36,872 nt of DNA from Oligosphaeraceae bacterium (GCA_012515455.1 JAAYYJ010000293.1:1-36872); one strand, 5' to 3'. Shown: positions 25,325 through 34,823, counted from the stretch's first letter. A program made the numbers and translations. The notes: a model not told the origin generated them from the sequence alone.

Positions 25325-28063
25325 ATGAAAAAATCGTTGCTCATCCGCTGGTCAGTCATTTTTCTGGTAATCATTGCCTGGGGCATCGCCATGTTCCCGA
25401 TCACGGACCGTGACTACGTGACGGAATTCAAGGCTTTAGCCGCGAAGCAAGTCGACAAGCATGCCCGGGCCGCAGAGAAAGTCCCCACCGTGCTCCAGGC
25501 AGAGGCCCTGCAGGCCAAGCTTGCGGCGCTCAGCGACCAGGAGAGTCAGGAGTTCCTGGACCTGCAGGCCGAGCACCAGAAGCTGATCGCCTCGCCGGAA
25601 TATCTGGCGGAGAGCAAACTGCCCGAGAATGAGGCCCGCAAATACTTCTCCGACTACCAGGAACTGTGGCAGCGCGTCGAGAACCTCCAGAAGGAGAATG
25701 CGAATCTCTCCGGCTACAAAGCGGTAGAGATCGCCGCCGCCGGCCGAGAACTGGGATACCGCATCAACCTCTCAAATTTTATCAAAATTCCTTTTCAGGG
25801 CCACGCCTCCAACAAGGCCGTCTTGCGTTATGTGCGTCTTAAATCTGCGGGCAAACTGAAACTCGGGCTCGATCTGCAGGGCGGCACTGAGTTCATTGTC
25901 GGTTTCAATCAGGATGATTTGCCCAAGGACGAGGAGGCCGAAGTAATCCGTGACCGGGTGCTGGAAATCCTGCGCAACCGTTTGGACAACACTGGCGTGA
26001 CCGAGCCGGAAATCAAAGCCATCACCCCCGATTCGGTATCGATCCGCATGCCCAGCGTGGACGAGGCTGACAAGACCGACATCCGCAACATCATTAAGCA
26101 AAGTGCGCGCCTGCAATTCCATGTCGTGGCCGAGAACAGCGAGAATGCCCGCCTGGTGGAGGAATACCAGAAGGACCCCCGCACCTTCAAGGTGCCGGTG
26201 GAAATGCTGATGAAGGAGATTGAGGAAGAACGCAATGGCAACGTGCAGACCGAAATCGTCTTCCTGCTGAAGACCCCCGAGCCCATTCTGGGCGAAGATG
26301 TGGTGCGGGCGATTCCCAACGTCAACGAATTCGGCAACTGGTCCATCAGCCTGAAATTCAATACCCGCGGCGCCAATGCCTTCGCCAATGTGACCGGCAA
26401 GAATGTCGGCCGCCGCCTGGCCATCATGCTGGACGACAAAGTCTACAGCGCCCCGAACATCCGCGAGGCCATCTCCGGTGGTCAGGCCGAAATCAGCGGC
26501 TCCTTCACCTTTGAGGAAGCCAAACGCTTGTCAGGGGTCATCGCCTCCGGCAATCTGCCGGTCAATATCGATATCACCAGCGAATTCGGCACCGAGCCCA
26601 GCTTGGGGGTGGACTCCATCCGCAGCGGCGGCATGGCCGGTCTGCTGGGTCTGATTCTGGTCATTGTCTTCATGCTGTGGTATTACAAGTTCGCCGGTCT
26701 GCTGGCAATCTGCGCTCTGATTATCAACACGGTTCTGGTTTTCGGCACCATGGCCCTGACCAAAGCCACCATCACCATGCCCGGCCTGGCCGGAATGGTG
26801 CTGACTATCGGCATGGCGGTCGACGCCAACGTGCTGATTTTTGAGCGCATCCGGGAAGAGCTGAACCGGGGCAAGAGCATCGGCAATGCCGTCAAGGCCG
26901 GCTACGACCGGGTGTTCAGCTGTATTTTTGACTCCAATCTGACCACCTTGATCACCTGCTGGTTCCTGTACAAATACGGCTCCGGCTCGGTGCGCGGCTT
27001 TGCGGTCACCCTGAGCTTCGGTATCGTGGCCAGTCTGTTCACCGCCCTGTTCATGACCCACGCCATCTTCGATCTGATGATCATGAAGGGATGGCTGCAG
27101 AAGCTCTCCATGCGCACCTTCACCTTCCTGCAGGATATCAACCTCGACTTCTTCAAAATGATGCGTCCTTCAATCACGGCTTCAGTCATTCTGGTGCTGA
27201 TTTCAATCATCACGGTAGCCGTCCGGGACAGTGTGCTGGGCATCGATTTCGCCGGCGGCACTCAGCTGACCTATTCCTGCAAAGGTCAGGAGCCTGATGT
27301 CGAAAATGTCCGCTCGTATCTGACCTCGGTCGGCCAGGACCGGGTCAAGGTAGGCTACAAACGAGGGCAAGGTGGCGAGAAGGAGCTGGAAATCGTTTTG
27401 GCCAATTTTGCCGGCGACACCAGCGAGTTCGGACGCCAGCTGGACAAGGCTTTCCCGGAATGCGAGCTCTCACCCTCCTCAACCTACACTGTCGGCGGCA
27501 GCGTAGGCAGCAAATTCCGCAATGATGCCATTTGGGCGGCGGTGCTGTCGTTCATCGCGATTGTCATCTACCTGTCCTTCCGCTTTGAGTTCATCTACGG
27601 CGTGGGAGCGGTAGTGGCGGTGCTGCACGACGTGATTGTCTCAGCCGGGCTGTTCTTCCTCCTGAACCAGGGTGAGTTGTCCCTGACCGTGTTGGCGGCA
27701 TTGATGACCATCATCGGTTATTCCCTCAATGACACCATCGTGATCTTCGACCGCATCCGGGAGACCCGGCTGTTGCGCAAGGACCTGTCTTACCGCGACC
27801 TGGTCAACCTCAGCATCAACCAGACCTTCTCCCGGACCTTGTTGACCACGGTCACCACCATGCTGGTGATTGTCGCCATGCTGATCTTCGGCGGCGGGGT
27901 GATTTTCGATTTCGCCATCGTGATGTTCTACGGCATGATTACCGGAACCTACTCCACCATCTTCATTGCCACTGCCATCGTCGATAAATGGCATAAGCAA
28001 TCCCTGCGGGAAAAAGAGACCGTACCCGGCAGCGCGGCGGCTGACACCCCGGCCAAGGCCTGA
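25325..28063 (+). CDS. secDF: Fused protein translocase subunits SecD/SecF
   Basis: 912 aa. Two RND-like 6-TM modules follow a large periplasmic domain. It carries SecD-type (LDLQGG.., ..GMAVDANVLIFERIREE) and SecF-type (..GYSLNDTIVIFDRIRE) motifs. Confidence 0.92.
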   Translation: MKKSLLIRWSVIFLVIIAWGIAMFPITDRDYVTEFKALAAKQVDKHARAAEKVPTVLQAEALQAKLAALSDQESQEFLDLQAEHQKLIASPEYLAESKLPENEARKYFSDYQELWQRVENLQKENANLSGYKAVEIAAAGRELGYRINLSNFIKIPFQGHASNKAVLRYVRLKSAGKLKLGLDLQGGTEFIVGFNQDDLPKDEEAEVIRDRVLEILRNRLDNTGVTEPEIKAITPDSVSIRMPSVDEADKTDIRNIIKQSARLQFHVVAENSENARLVEEYQKDPRTFKVPVEMLMKEIEEERNGNVQTEIVFLLKTPEPILGEDVVRAIPNVNEFGNWSISLKFNTRGANAFANVTGKNVGRRLAIMLDDKVYSAPNIREAISGGQAEISGSFTFEEAKRLSGVIASGNLPVNIDITSEFGTEPSLGVDSIRSGGMAGLLGLILVIVFMLWYYKFAGLLAICALIINTVLVFGTMALTKATITMPGLAGMVLTIGMAVDANVLIFERIREELNRGKSIGNAVKAGYDRVFSCIFDSNLTTLITCWFLYKYGSGSVRGFAVTLSFGIVASLFTALFMTHAIFDLMIMKGWLQKLSMRTFTFLQDINLDFFKMMRPSITASVILVLISIITVAVRDSVLGIDFAGGTQLTYSCKGQEPDVENVRSYLTSVGQDRVKVGYKRGQGGEKELEIVLANFAGDTSEFGRQLDKAFPECELSPSSTYTVGGSVGSKFRNDAIWAAVLSFIAIVIYLSFRFEFIYGVGAVVAVLHDVIVSAGLFFLLNQGELSLTVLAALMTIIGYSLNDTIVIFDRIRETRLLRKDLSYRDLVNLSINQTFSRTLLTTVTTMLVIVAMLIFGGGVIFDFAIVMFYGMITGTYSTIFIATAIVDKWHKQSLREKETVPGSAAADTPAKA

Positions 28064-30645
28064 TGTCAGAGCGGCAGGACCGGACTGCCGGGGCACCGGG
28101 GCCGACTCTCGCACCAGCGGCACCGGCAGATCGTCGCGAGCTGCCGGTCTATGCGCTGGCTGGGGATATCCGCAGGCTGCTGCCGTCCTGCCGTAAACTG
28201 ATTATCAGCGCTCCCACCGGCTCCGGCAAATCGACTCAGCTGCCCCAGTTGCTGCTGGAACTGGTACCCACCGGGCAGCGCATCGTGGTCCTGCAGCCGC
28301 GCCGCCTCGCAGCGCGGATGCTGGCGGAGCGCGTAGCCTGGGAAACTGGCACGCAGCCCGGCGGGCTGGTCGGTTATCAGACCCGTTATGAGCGGGCGCA
28401 CAGCCGCGACACCCGGATTTTATTTCTCACCGAGGGCATATTGTCCCGGATGTTGCTGTCCTCCCCCAGTCTGCCGGGCATCGGCGCCATCATATTTGAC
28501 GAATTCCATGAGCGCAGCCTGAATATCGACCTGGCCCTGGCCATGGCCCGGCATTGCCAGAGCACTTGCCGCCCCGACCTGCTCTTGCTGGTCATGTCGG
28601 CCACTCTGGAGGCCGCGCCACTCAGTGCTTATCTGGGCTCCTGCCCAGCCCTCTCCGCCAGCGGGCGGCAATTCCCGGTGCAGATATCCTACTGCCTCGC
28701 CAAAACCGGTCTGTATGCCGGAGTCAATGCCGCAGTCCGGGACATTCTGAGCAGTGCCCTGGATGGTGATATCCTGGTCTTCCTGCCCGGCGCGGCGGAA
28801 ATCCGGAACTGCCGGGAGGAACTCCGGCGCGGCTTCTGGCCGGAGGAACTGGAGCTGCTGCCGCTGTATGGAGAGCTGCCGCCGGCGGAGCAGCGCCGGG
28901 TCATGCAGCCCTGCCCCAGGCGCAAGGTCATTCTGGCGACCAATATCGCCGAGACCTCTCTGACTATCCCCGGCGTGCGCCATGTGATTGACAGCGGGCT
29001 GGCCCGCATTATGCGGCATGACCCGGCCCGCGGGGTCAATATTCTGGAAACCTGTGCCATCGCCCGCGACTCCGCCGAACAGCGGGCCGGTCGAGCCGGA
29101 CGGGAAGCTCCCGGCAGCTGCCGGCGGCTGTGGAGCCAGCTGGAGCATAACGCCAAAGCGGCCCGCACCAGCGCAGAAATCGAGCGCCTGGACTTGTCTG
29201 AGGCGCTCCTGGCCATCAACGCGTATGGCTTTGCCGACCCGAATGCCTTCCCCTGGTTCGAAGAGCCCCCGGCCACCCACCTGCTGGCCGCGCAAAACCT
29301 GCTCCTCAGCCTGGGGTTGCTGCTCCCGCACTGCGGCGGACTCAGTGATCTGGGCCGGCAGGTCCTGCGCTACCCCGCCCACCCCCGCTGCGCCTTGCTG
29401 CTGCACCTGGGCCTGCAGCAGGGCTGCGCTCGCGAAGCGGCCTACACCGCGGCCATGCTCGCCGAACGGCCGCTGATTACCGCGGCCAGCAGCGACCGAG
29501 CCACTCTGACCAGACTGCGCCAGGACCGGCGCCAGCTGCCGCCCTCGGATTTCCTGGCCGCGCTGGAATTACTGCAGCAGGCCCGGCAGGCCCATTTCGC
29601 TCCTGAAGTCTGTCAGGACCTAGGCATTCATCCCGGTGCGGCCCGTGATATCTGCCGGGCGGCGGAGGATTATTTGGCCCTGCTGCCCGGTTCCGGCGCC
29701 GGCAGCAGCAACGAGGCGAGTTTTTTGCGTTGCCTGCTGCAAGTCTTTCCTGACCGCCTGGCCCGCCGCCGTGATCACGGCACGCTGCTCTGCGACTTGC
29801 AGAACCAGCGCCGCGCGGAGCTGTCCCGATGCAGCCTGGCGCGCGGCGCACAATTGCTGGTCGCCGGCGAAATCCGCGAGGTCTCCGCCGCCGGCACCCC
29901 GGCGGTAAAACTGGAACTTTCACTGGCCAGCGGAGTCGAAGAGGAGTGGCTCTGGGAGCTCTTCCCGGATGCATTCAGTGAGAACGACGAGGTGTTCTGG
30001 GACAGCCGGGGGCAGCAGGTCCTGCGCCGGCGCAGTTTGTCCTGTCTGCAGTTGAGCTTGGAGGAGTCGGTCCGCAATGATGCACCACCCGAAGCGGCGG
30101 CGGCGCTGCTGGCCGAACAGATTGCCGCCCATGATTTGCATTTGCCAGGCTGGGACGCCAAGGTCGAAGCCTGGATTGCCAGAGTGCGTTTTCTGGCCGG
30201 GCATTTCCCGGAGCAGTCTCTGCCCTGGTATGACGATGCTGACCGCAGGAAGATTCTCCTGGCGCTGTGTCAGGGTGAATATACCTACCGGGCTGTGCGC
30301 AGCAAGGATTGCCTGCCCTGGGTCCGCGGACTGCTGACCCAGAGCCAGATTCAGTTCGTAGAGCGGATGGCTCCCACGCACTTACCATTGCCGAGCGGAC
30401 GCAAACTGCGCCTGGAATATGTACCCGGGCAGCCCCCCAAAGGCCAGGCTCGCATCCAGGACCTGTATGATTGCTCAGACCGGCCCTGCGTTGCCGATGG
30501 GCGCATCCCGGTACTGCTGGACATCCTGGCGCCGAATATGCGGACAGTGCAGATCACCGATGACCTGCCCCGCTTCTGGACCGTGCATTACCCCGCCCTC
30601 AAATCAGCCCTGGCCCGCCGCTACCCGAAACACGAATGGCGCTGA
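28063..30645 (+). CDS. hrpB: ATP-dependent DEAH-box RNA helicase HrpB
   Basis: 860 aa. It has Walker A SAPTGSGKST, the DEFH box IIFDEFHERS and motif VI QRAGRAGR. The start overlaps the secDF stop (TGATG). Confidence 0.88.
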   Translation: MSERQDRTAGAPGPTLAPAAPADRRELPVYALAGDIRRLLPSCRKLIISAPTGSGKSTQLPQLLLELVPTGQRIVVLQPRRLAARMLAERVAWETGTQPGGLVGYQTRYERAHSRDTRILFLTEGILSRMLLSSPSLPGIGAIIFDEFHERSLNIDLALAMARHCQSTCRPDLLLLVMSATLEAAPLSAYLGSCPALSASGRQFPVQISYCLAKTGLYAGVNAAVRDILSSALDGDILVFLPGAAEIRNCREELRRGFWPEELELLPLYGELPPAEQRRVMQPCPRRKVILATNIAETSLTIPGVRHVIDSGLARIMRHDPARGVNILETCAIARDSAEQRAGRAGREAPGSCRRLWSQLEHNAKAARTSAEIERLDLSEALLAINAYGFADPNAFPWFEEPPATHLLAAQNLLLSLGLLLPHCGGLSDLGRQVLRYPAHPRCALLLHLGLQQGCAREAAYTAAMLAERPLITAASSDRATLTRLRQDRRQLPPSDFLAALELLQQARQAHFAPEVCQDLGIHPGAARDICRAAEDYLALLPGSGAGSSNEASFLRCLLQVFPDRLARRRDHGTLLCDLQNQRRAELSRCSLARGAQLLVAGEIREVSAAGTPAVKLELSLASGVEEEWLWELFPDAFSENDEVFWDSRGQQVLRRRSLSCLQLSLEESVRNDAPPEAAAALLAEQIAAHDLHLPGWDAKVEAWIARVRFLAGHFPEQSLPWYDDADRRKILLALCQGEYTYRAVRSKDCLPWVRGLLTQSQIQFVERMAPTHLPLPSGRKLRLEYVPGQPPKGQARIQDLYDCSDRPCVADGRIPVLLDILAPNMRTVQITDDLPRFWTVHYPALKSALARRYPKHEWR

Positions 30646-30732
30646 GCCTCCCGGCACTCCCTGCATCCCTCCTTCCTCCTGGCGTGAGTGGTGCCCAGGC
30701 GGTTCGCCCTAGTGGCACTAGGCCGTGCTTGA

Positions 30733-30754
30733 CGCCCGGCGGGGGCGGTTTTTT
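30733..30754 (+). terminator. Candidate weak intrinsic terminator after hrpB
   Basis: A short GC stem CGCCC / GGGCG with a 5-nt loop is followed by GTTTTTT. The stem is only 5 bp. Confidence 0.35.
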
Positions 30755-30850
30755 CTGGCCCCGGACTTGCAGAACTCGGCCGAGGTTTTATTTTGTTTAC
30801 CAGTACGCGGGGTTTTTCTGGTGCATTAATTTCAAGCATAGGAGCAGATC

Positions 30851-32176
30851 ATGAAATTACAAAACATTTTGCTGGCCGTTTGCACTGGATTGCTGCTCAC
30901 ACTCTCTGCCACTGCGGCGGCCGACTGGCAACAGGAGTTTTTGGGTGCGGAGCTGCGTGATGCCAATGGCGGGACGGTTCCTGTCGAGCGCCTTAAGGGG
31001 AAGATTGTGGGGCTCTATTTTTCTGCCCATTGGTGCCCCCCCTGCCGGAAATTCACGCCTGAGCTGGTCAAGTTCTACGACCAGTTGCAACAGCAGAAGC
31101 AGCCCTTCGAAATTGTCCTGGTGAGTTCGGACAAATCGGAAAAAGAGATGTACAATTACATGCAGGAGACCAAGATGAAATGGCTGGCCCTGCCCTATGG
31201 CAGACCAGAAAAGAAAAGCCTGAGCCAGAAGTTTTCGGTCACCGGCATCCCTGCACTGGTAATCCTGGATGCTACGGGACAAACCATCACCCGGGAAGGT
31301 CGGGCCGAGGTCACCACAAACAGCGCCGGTGCCTTTGCCAAGTGGGAAAAGACCGCCAGCAAAGAAGCAGCGCCTGCCAGCAAAGAAGCAGCGCCTGCCA
31401 GCAAAGAAGCAGCGCCTGCCAGCAAAGAAGCAGCGCCTGCCGGCGAGGACCGCCCGGCCATTTCCGGGGCTGAGGTCGGGGTCTGGACCCAGGATTTCGC
31501 GGCGGCTCAGGCTCTGGCGGCGGAAAAACAGCTGCCGCTCCTCCTCAATTTCACCGGCAGCGACTGGTGTGGCTGGTGCAAATTGATGGACCGCAACGTC
31601 TTTTCCCAGGCCGAATGGAAACAGTGGGCGCAAAAGAACCTCGTCTTGGCCTACATCGATGCGCCGCGGGATAAAAGCTTGGTACCGGAGAAATTCGTAG
31701 CCCGCAACCAGCAGCTCGCACAGCAGTATTCGGTTTCCGGCTTCCCTACCTACATCCTGCTCAAAGCCGATGGGCAAAGTGTGATCGAGCGCTTGGGGGC
31801 CTCCCGTGAAGCTACGGCACAGAGCTTCATCCTGGACCTGAAGAAGGCCTTGCTGCAGACCCGCCCCGGGGGTGTGAAAGCACTGCTCAGCCCTGAGCAG
31901 GTTGCGGCGTTGGAGCAAGCCGAAACCGCCCTGGCAGCGGCACAGAAGCCTTTCGACGAAGCGTTGGTTCAAGCCAGGGAGGAATACCAGCGGTTGAACC
32001 TGGCCAAACAGCAGGCTCAGGACGAGGCAGCCAGCAAAGCCGCCCAGGAGGCACTGGACAAATGGAATGCCGAAATCACCCCCAAAATTGAAAAGCTGCA
32101 TGCTGCTGTTCAGTCGGCCAATGCCAGTATCGCTGCCCTGTACGAAATTGCCGTCCAGAAGGCTGAAGAAAAATAG
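30851..32176 (+). CDS. Secreted tandem thioredoxin-fold protein with a C-terminal coiled coil
   Basis: 441 aa with a signal peptide. Domain 1 is nucleoredoxin/tryparedoxin-like with WCPPC. A 4x ASKEAAP linker follows. Domain 2 is a thioredoxin-fold with SDWCGWC. The last ~100 aa are heptad-like. GGAG lies upstream. Confidence 0.8.
   Translation: MKLQNILLAVCTGLLLTLSATAAADWQQEFLGAELRDANGGTVPVERLKGKIVGLYFSAHWCPPCRKFTPELVKFYDQLQQQKQPFEIVLVSSDKSEKEMYNYMQETKMKWLALPYGRPEKKSLSQKFSVTGIPALVILDATGQTITREGRAEVTTNSAGAFAKWEKTASKEAAPASKEAAPASKEAAPASKEAAPAGEDRPAISGAEVGVWTQDFAAAQALAAEKQLPLLLNFTGSDWCGWCKLMDRNVFSQAEWKQWAQKNLVLAYIDAPRDKSLVPEKFVARNQQLAQQYSVSGFPTYILLKADGQSVIERLGASREATAQSFILDLKKALLQTRPGGVKALLSPEQVAALEQAETALAAAQKPFDEALVQAREEYQRLNLAKQQAQDEAASKAAQEALDKWNAEITPKIEKLHAAVQSANASIAALYEIAVQKAEEK
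31355..31438 (+). repeat. Perfect 4 x 21-bp in-frame tandem repeat (GCCAGCAAAGAAGCAGCGCCT) encoding ASKEAAP x4
   Basis: Read directly from the sequence. The four units are identical and sit in the inter-domain linker of the thioredoxin protein. Confidence 0.95.
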
Positions 32177-32206
32177 CCCTGCCCGGCCGGCCGGGATTGT
32201 GCCGCC

Positions 32207-33034
32207 ATGAGTGACTTGGTCAGGAAATGCATTCTGTTGCTCTGTCTGTTTAGCGCCGGGTGGCTGCCGGCCCAAACCGGCCTGGGGGAGTCGCTGCTGC
32301 TGGAAGGCCGCATGGCGATGGCCCGGGCCGAACAGTACCTTCTGGCGGAACAAGGCGCTGGCGGTTCTTGGCAGGACAGCCTGGCAGACACTGCGCAAAC
32401 CGTGATGGCGCTCGCGAATGCCGGATACGCTGACAGCCCAAAGCTGCAGGCGGCAGGAACTTTCTTACGCTCAGCCGGCACAGCAGCCAACGCGGAGGTG
32501 CTCATCCTCGCTTGCCGCAGCATGCTGCGCTTGGGGCAGCAGCTGACCGTAGAGCACAGGGAAGTACTGCTCCGGCTGGCGGACGGGGAGCTATCCCCCC
32601 AGGCCAGGCAATGGCTGCTGGAAATACACTACCTCCTCGACCGACAAGACCTGCCCCTGCTGCCGCCGGCAGTGGTAGCCAACCAGCTGCTGCTGCTGCA
32701 AAATCCGCACTCCCCAGCCGGTTTACGGCTGTTCGCCGCGCTTTGTGCCCCGGACCACGACTTGCGGTCGCCGGAGCTGGCGGCCTGGCGCCAGGAGGCG
32801 CTGGCGGCCCCGGTTGCCACGGACCCCGACGCCAGATTATGGCTGTGCCGCGCTCTGCGGGCCTTTGCGGTGCTGTCGGGTGGGAACGAAGACGGCTCGT
32901 GGCGGCACACTCTCACCGTTCAGCTCCTGGAGTCTCAGAAGCACGACGGCTCTTGGGGAGAAGGCAGTCGGCAAGTCCTGCACACTGCCTTGTCCTTGCA
33001 GGCTCTGCAACATTGTTTGGCAATTATAGAATAA
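32207..33034 (+). CDS. Secreted QW-repeat alpha/alpha-toroid (prenyltransferase/terpene-cyclase-like) protein
   Basis: 275 aa. It has a signal peptide (ILLLCLFSAGWLPAQ) and QW-like motifs (..QGAGGSWQDS.., ..ESQKHDGSWGEG..). Confidence 0.65.
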   Translation: MSDLVRKCILLLCLFSAGWLPAQTGLGESLLLEGRMAMARAEQYLLAEQGAGGSWQDSLADTAQTVMALANAGYADSPKLQAAGTFLRSAGTAANAEVLILACRSMLRLGQQLTVEHREVLLRLADGELSPQARQWLLEIHYLLDRQDLPLLPPAVVANQLLLLQNPHSPAGLRLFAALCAPDHDLRSPELAAWRQEALAAPVATDPDARLWLCRALRAFAVLSGGNEDGSWRHTLTVQLLESQKHDGSWGEGSRQVLHTALSLQALQHCLAIIE

Positions 33035-33063
33035 CTATTATCTCAAACCGGAAACAGGAAAAA

Positions 33064-33930
33064 ATGGACCTCGAAGAAGCAAGACTGGGGCTAAGCAAGC
33101 ATCAGCAAACTTTCGGTGTTGATTATTCAACCGCTGATTTTACCCCGACGCTGTGCGGGTTATGGGGACTGCGCCCGCCGACCCAGAGCCTGGGGCGAGC
33201 CATCACAGCGGTGCAGGAACTGGGGCACAGCTGCTTCGGCGCTGCCGGACAACTGGAAAAGGCGCTGGTATTCTGTCCCGACGCCATTGGCGATGTCCTC
33301 TGGGAGGATTACCCCGGGGATTTTGCCCCCTTGACCGCCAACTCCGAGGTCCGCATCAAGTGCTCGACGGTGATGCCGAGTGTCACCCCGGTCTGCTTCG
33401 CGAGCATCTTCAGCGGTGCGCCGCCTGAGATTCACGGCATCCAAGCCTACAGTAAGCCGGTCCTGACGGTGGAGACTCTCTTCGATGTCGCGGCTGAGGC
33501 CGGCAAGCAGGTGGCCATCGTCTCCAGTAACAATTGCAGCATCGATAAAATCTTCCGCGACCGCAAGGTGGATTATTTTTCCCTGCGTAATGCTGAGATG
33601 AGCTTCGAGTTTACCAAACTGCTGCTGCGCAACAGCGACTACGATCTGATCATTTCCTATGATGGCAGCTACGACAGCAGTCTGCATAAGACCGGGGGGC
33701 GCTCTGGCGAATCACTGCAGGCCATGCGCACCTCCATCGCCAGATTTGTGGAACTGGCCGGACTAAGCGATGCCATCTGGGGTGGATTCAACCGCCTGCT
33801 GACCTTCACCCCCGATCACGGCGGACACGACAATCCGGAAACCGGCCGGGGCGGACATGGCACGGACGTCTATGACGACATGGTGGTCAATCACTTCTAC
33901 CGCCTGCGCCAGGCCCAGCCCAAACATTAG
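33064..33930 (+). CDS. Alkaline-phosphatase-superfamily (nucleotide pyrophosphatase/phosphodiesterase-like) protein
   Basis: 288 aa counted from the in-frame ATG at 33064. The ORF-track start at 32512 overlaps the preceding gene out of frame. A nucleophile-type motif MPSVTPVCFASIFSG and a metal-ligand motif TPDHGGHD are present. No signal peptide is evident. Confidence 0.7.
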   Translation: MDLEEARLGLSKHQQTFGVDYSTADFTPTLCGLWGLRPPTQSLGRAITAVQELGHSCFGAAGQLEKALVFCPDAIGDVLWEDYPGDFAPLTANSEVRIKCSTVMPSVTPVCFASIFSGAPPEIHGIQAYSKPVLTVETLFDVAAEAGKQVAIVSSNNCSIDKIFRDRKVDYFSLRNAEMSFEFTKLLLRNSDYDLIISYDGSYDSSLHKTGGRSGESLQAMRTSIARFVELAGLSDAIWGGFNRLLTFTPDHGGHDNPETGRGGHGTDVYDDMVVNHFYRLRQAQPKH

Positions 33931-33971
33931 GCCATACAGTATAAGTACAGCAGCAGCAGTACAGCGATCCC

Positions 33972-34823
33972 TCAACCGAGGAAATCCAGACCGATATCGA
34001 CGGCAGTGGCACTGTGGGTCAGTGCGCCCACGCTGATAAAATCCAGCCCCAGATGGCGCAGAGCCGGCAGCCGTTCCAGGGTGATGCCGCCGCTGGCTTC
34101 AGTCTTGGCCCGGCCGGCTATGATCCGGATGGCCTCGGCCATTTCGGCGTCGCTCATATTGTCCAGCAGGATATACTCCACTCCGGCTGCGGCTGCCGCC
34201 CGCACGTCCTCCAGAGTATCCGCCTCGACTTCGATTTCCAGCTGCGGATAGTGCTGACGGCAGGCCTGCACCGCGTGGGGGATGGCATCCGGTCCGCAGA
34301 GCTTGGCCAGCTCGCGGTGGTTGTCCTTGATCATAATCCGGTCATAGAGACCGATGCGGTGATTCTGACCACCGCCGGCCCACACTGCGTATTTTTCCAG
34401 CAGCCGCAGGCCAGGAGTGGTCTTGCGGGTATCCAGGATTTTAGTCTGGGAATCACCCAGGGCCTGCACATAGCGCCGGGTCAGGGTCGCAATGCCGCAC
34501 AGCCGTTGCAGGAAATTCAAGGCGGTGCGCTCAGCCGTCAGGATGGTCCGGGCGCAACCGCGCACACTGGCCAAATTACTGCCGGCCGGGCAGAACTGCC
34601 CCTCCTGAACGTGCGGTTCCAGCACCACGGCACCGGGAAATTCCTGGAACAGCACCTGCAGCACTGGGAAGCCGGCACAGACACAGTCCTGCCGAGTGAC
34701 AAAATGGGCGGTGATCTCCAGCTCTGCCGGCAGAATCGCCAGCGTGGTGGCATCACCGCTGCCGACATCCTCGGCGATGGCCCGCCGGCAGATTTCCCGC
34801 ATTGATGCAGCCGATAAATTCAT
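33972..34823 (-). CDS. nadC: Nicotinate-nucleotide pyrophosphorylase (quinolinate phosphoribosyltransferase)
   Basis: It carries DTRKTTPGLRLLEKYAVWAGGGQNHRIGLYDRIMIKDNH. I prefer the start at MNLSAAS (34823), which has GGAGG upstream and makes an ATGA overlap with the preceding gene's stop. Confidence 0.9.
   Translation of the reverse strand: MNLSAASMREICRRAIAEDVGSGDATTLAILPAELEITAHFVTRQDCVCAGFPVLQVLFQEFPGAVVLEPHVQEGQFCPAGSNLASVRGCARTILTAERTALNFLQRLCGIATLTRRYVQALGDSQTKILDTRKTTPGLRLLEKYAVWAGGGQNHRIGLYDRIMIKDNHRELAKLCGPDAIPHAVQACRQHYPQLEIEVEADTLEDVRAAAAAGVEYILLDNMSDAEMAEAIRIIAGRAKTEASGGITLERLPALRHLGLDFISVGALTHSATAVDIGLDFLG

Noticed and set aside
30857-32398. 513-aa minus-strand ORF opposite the thioredoxin gene
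   Set aside because: The plus strand encodes clear thioredoxin motifs (WCPPC, CGWC), a signal peptide and an SD. The minus-strand product is an R/G/F-rich low-complexity sequence typical of a shadow ORF in GC-rich DNA.
32512-33063. Long N-terminal extension of the alkaline-phosphatase-like ORF (ORF-track start 32512)
   Set aside because: It overlaps the 32207-33034 gene out of frame and translates to A/P/G/R-rich low complexity. The in-frame ATG at 33064 lies 29 bp after the upstream stop.
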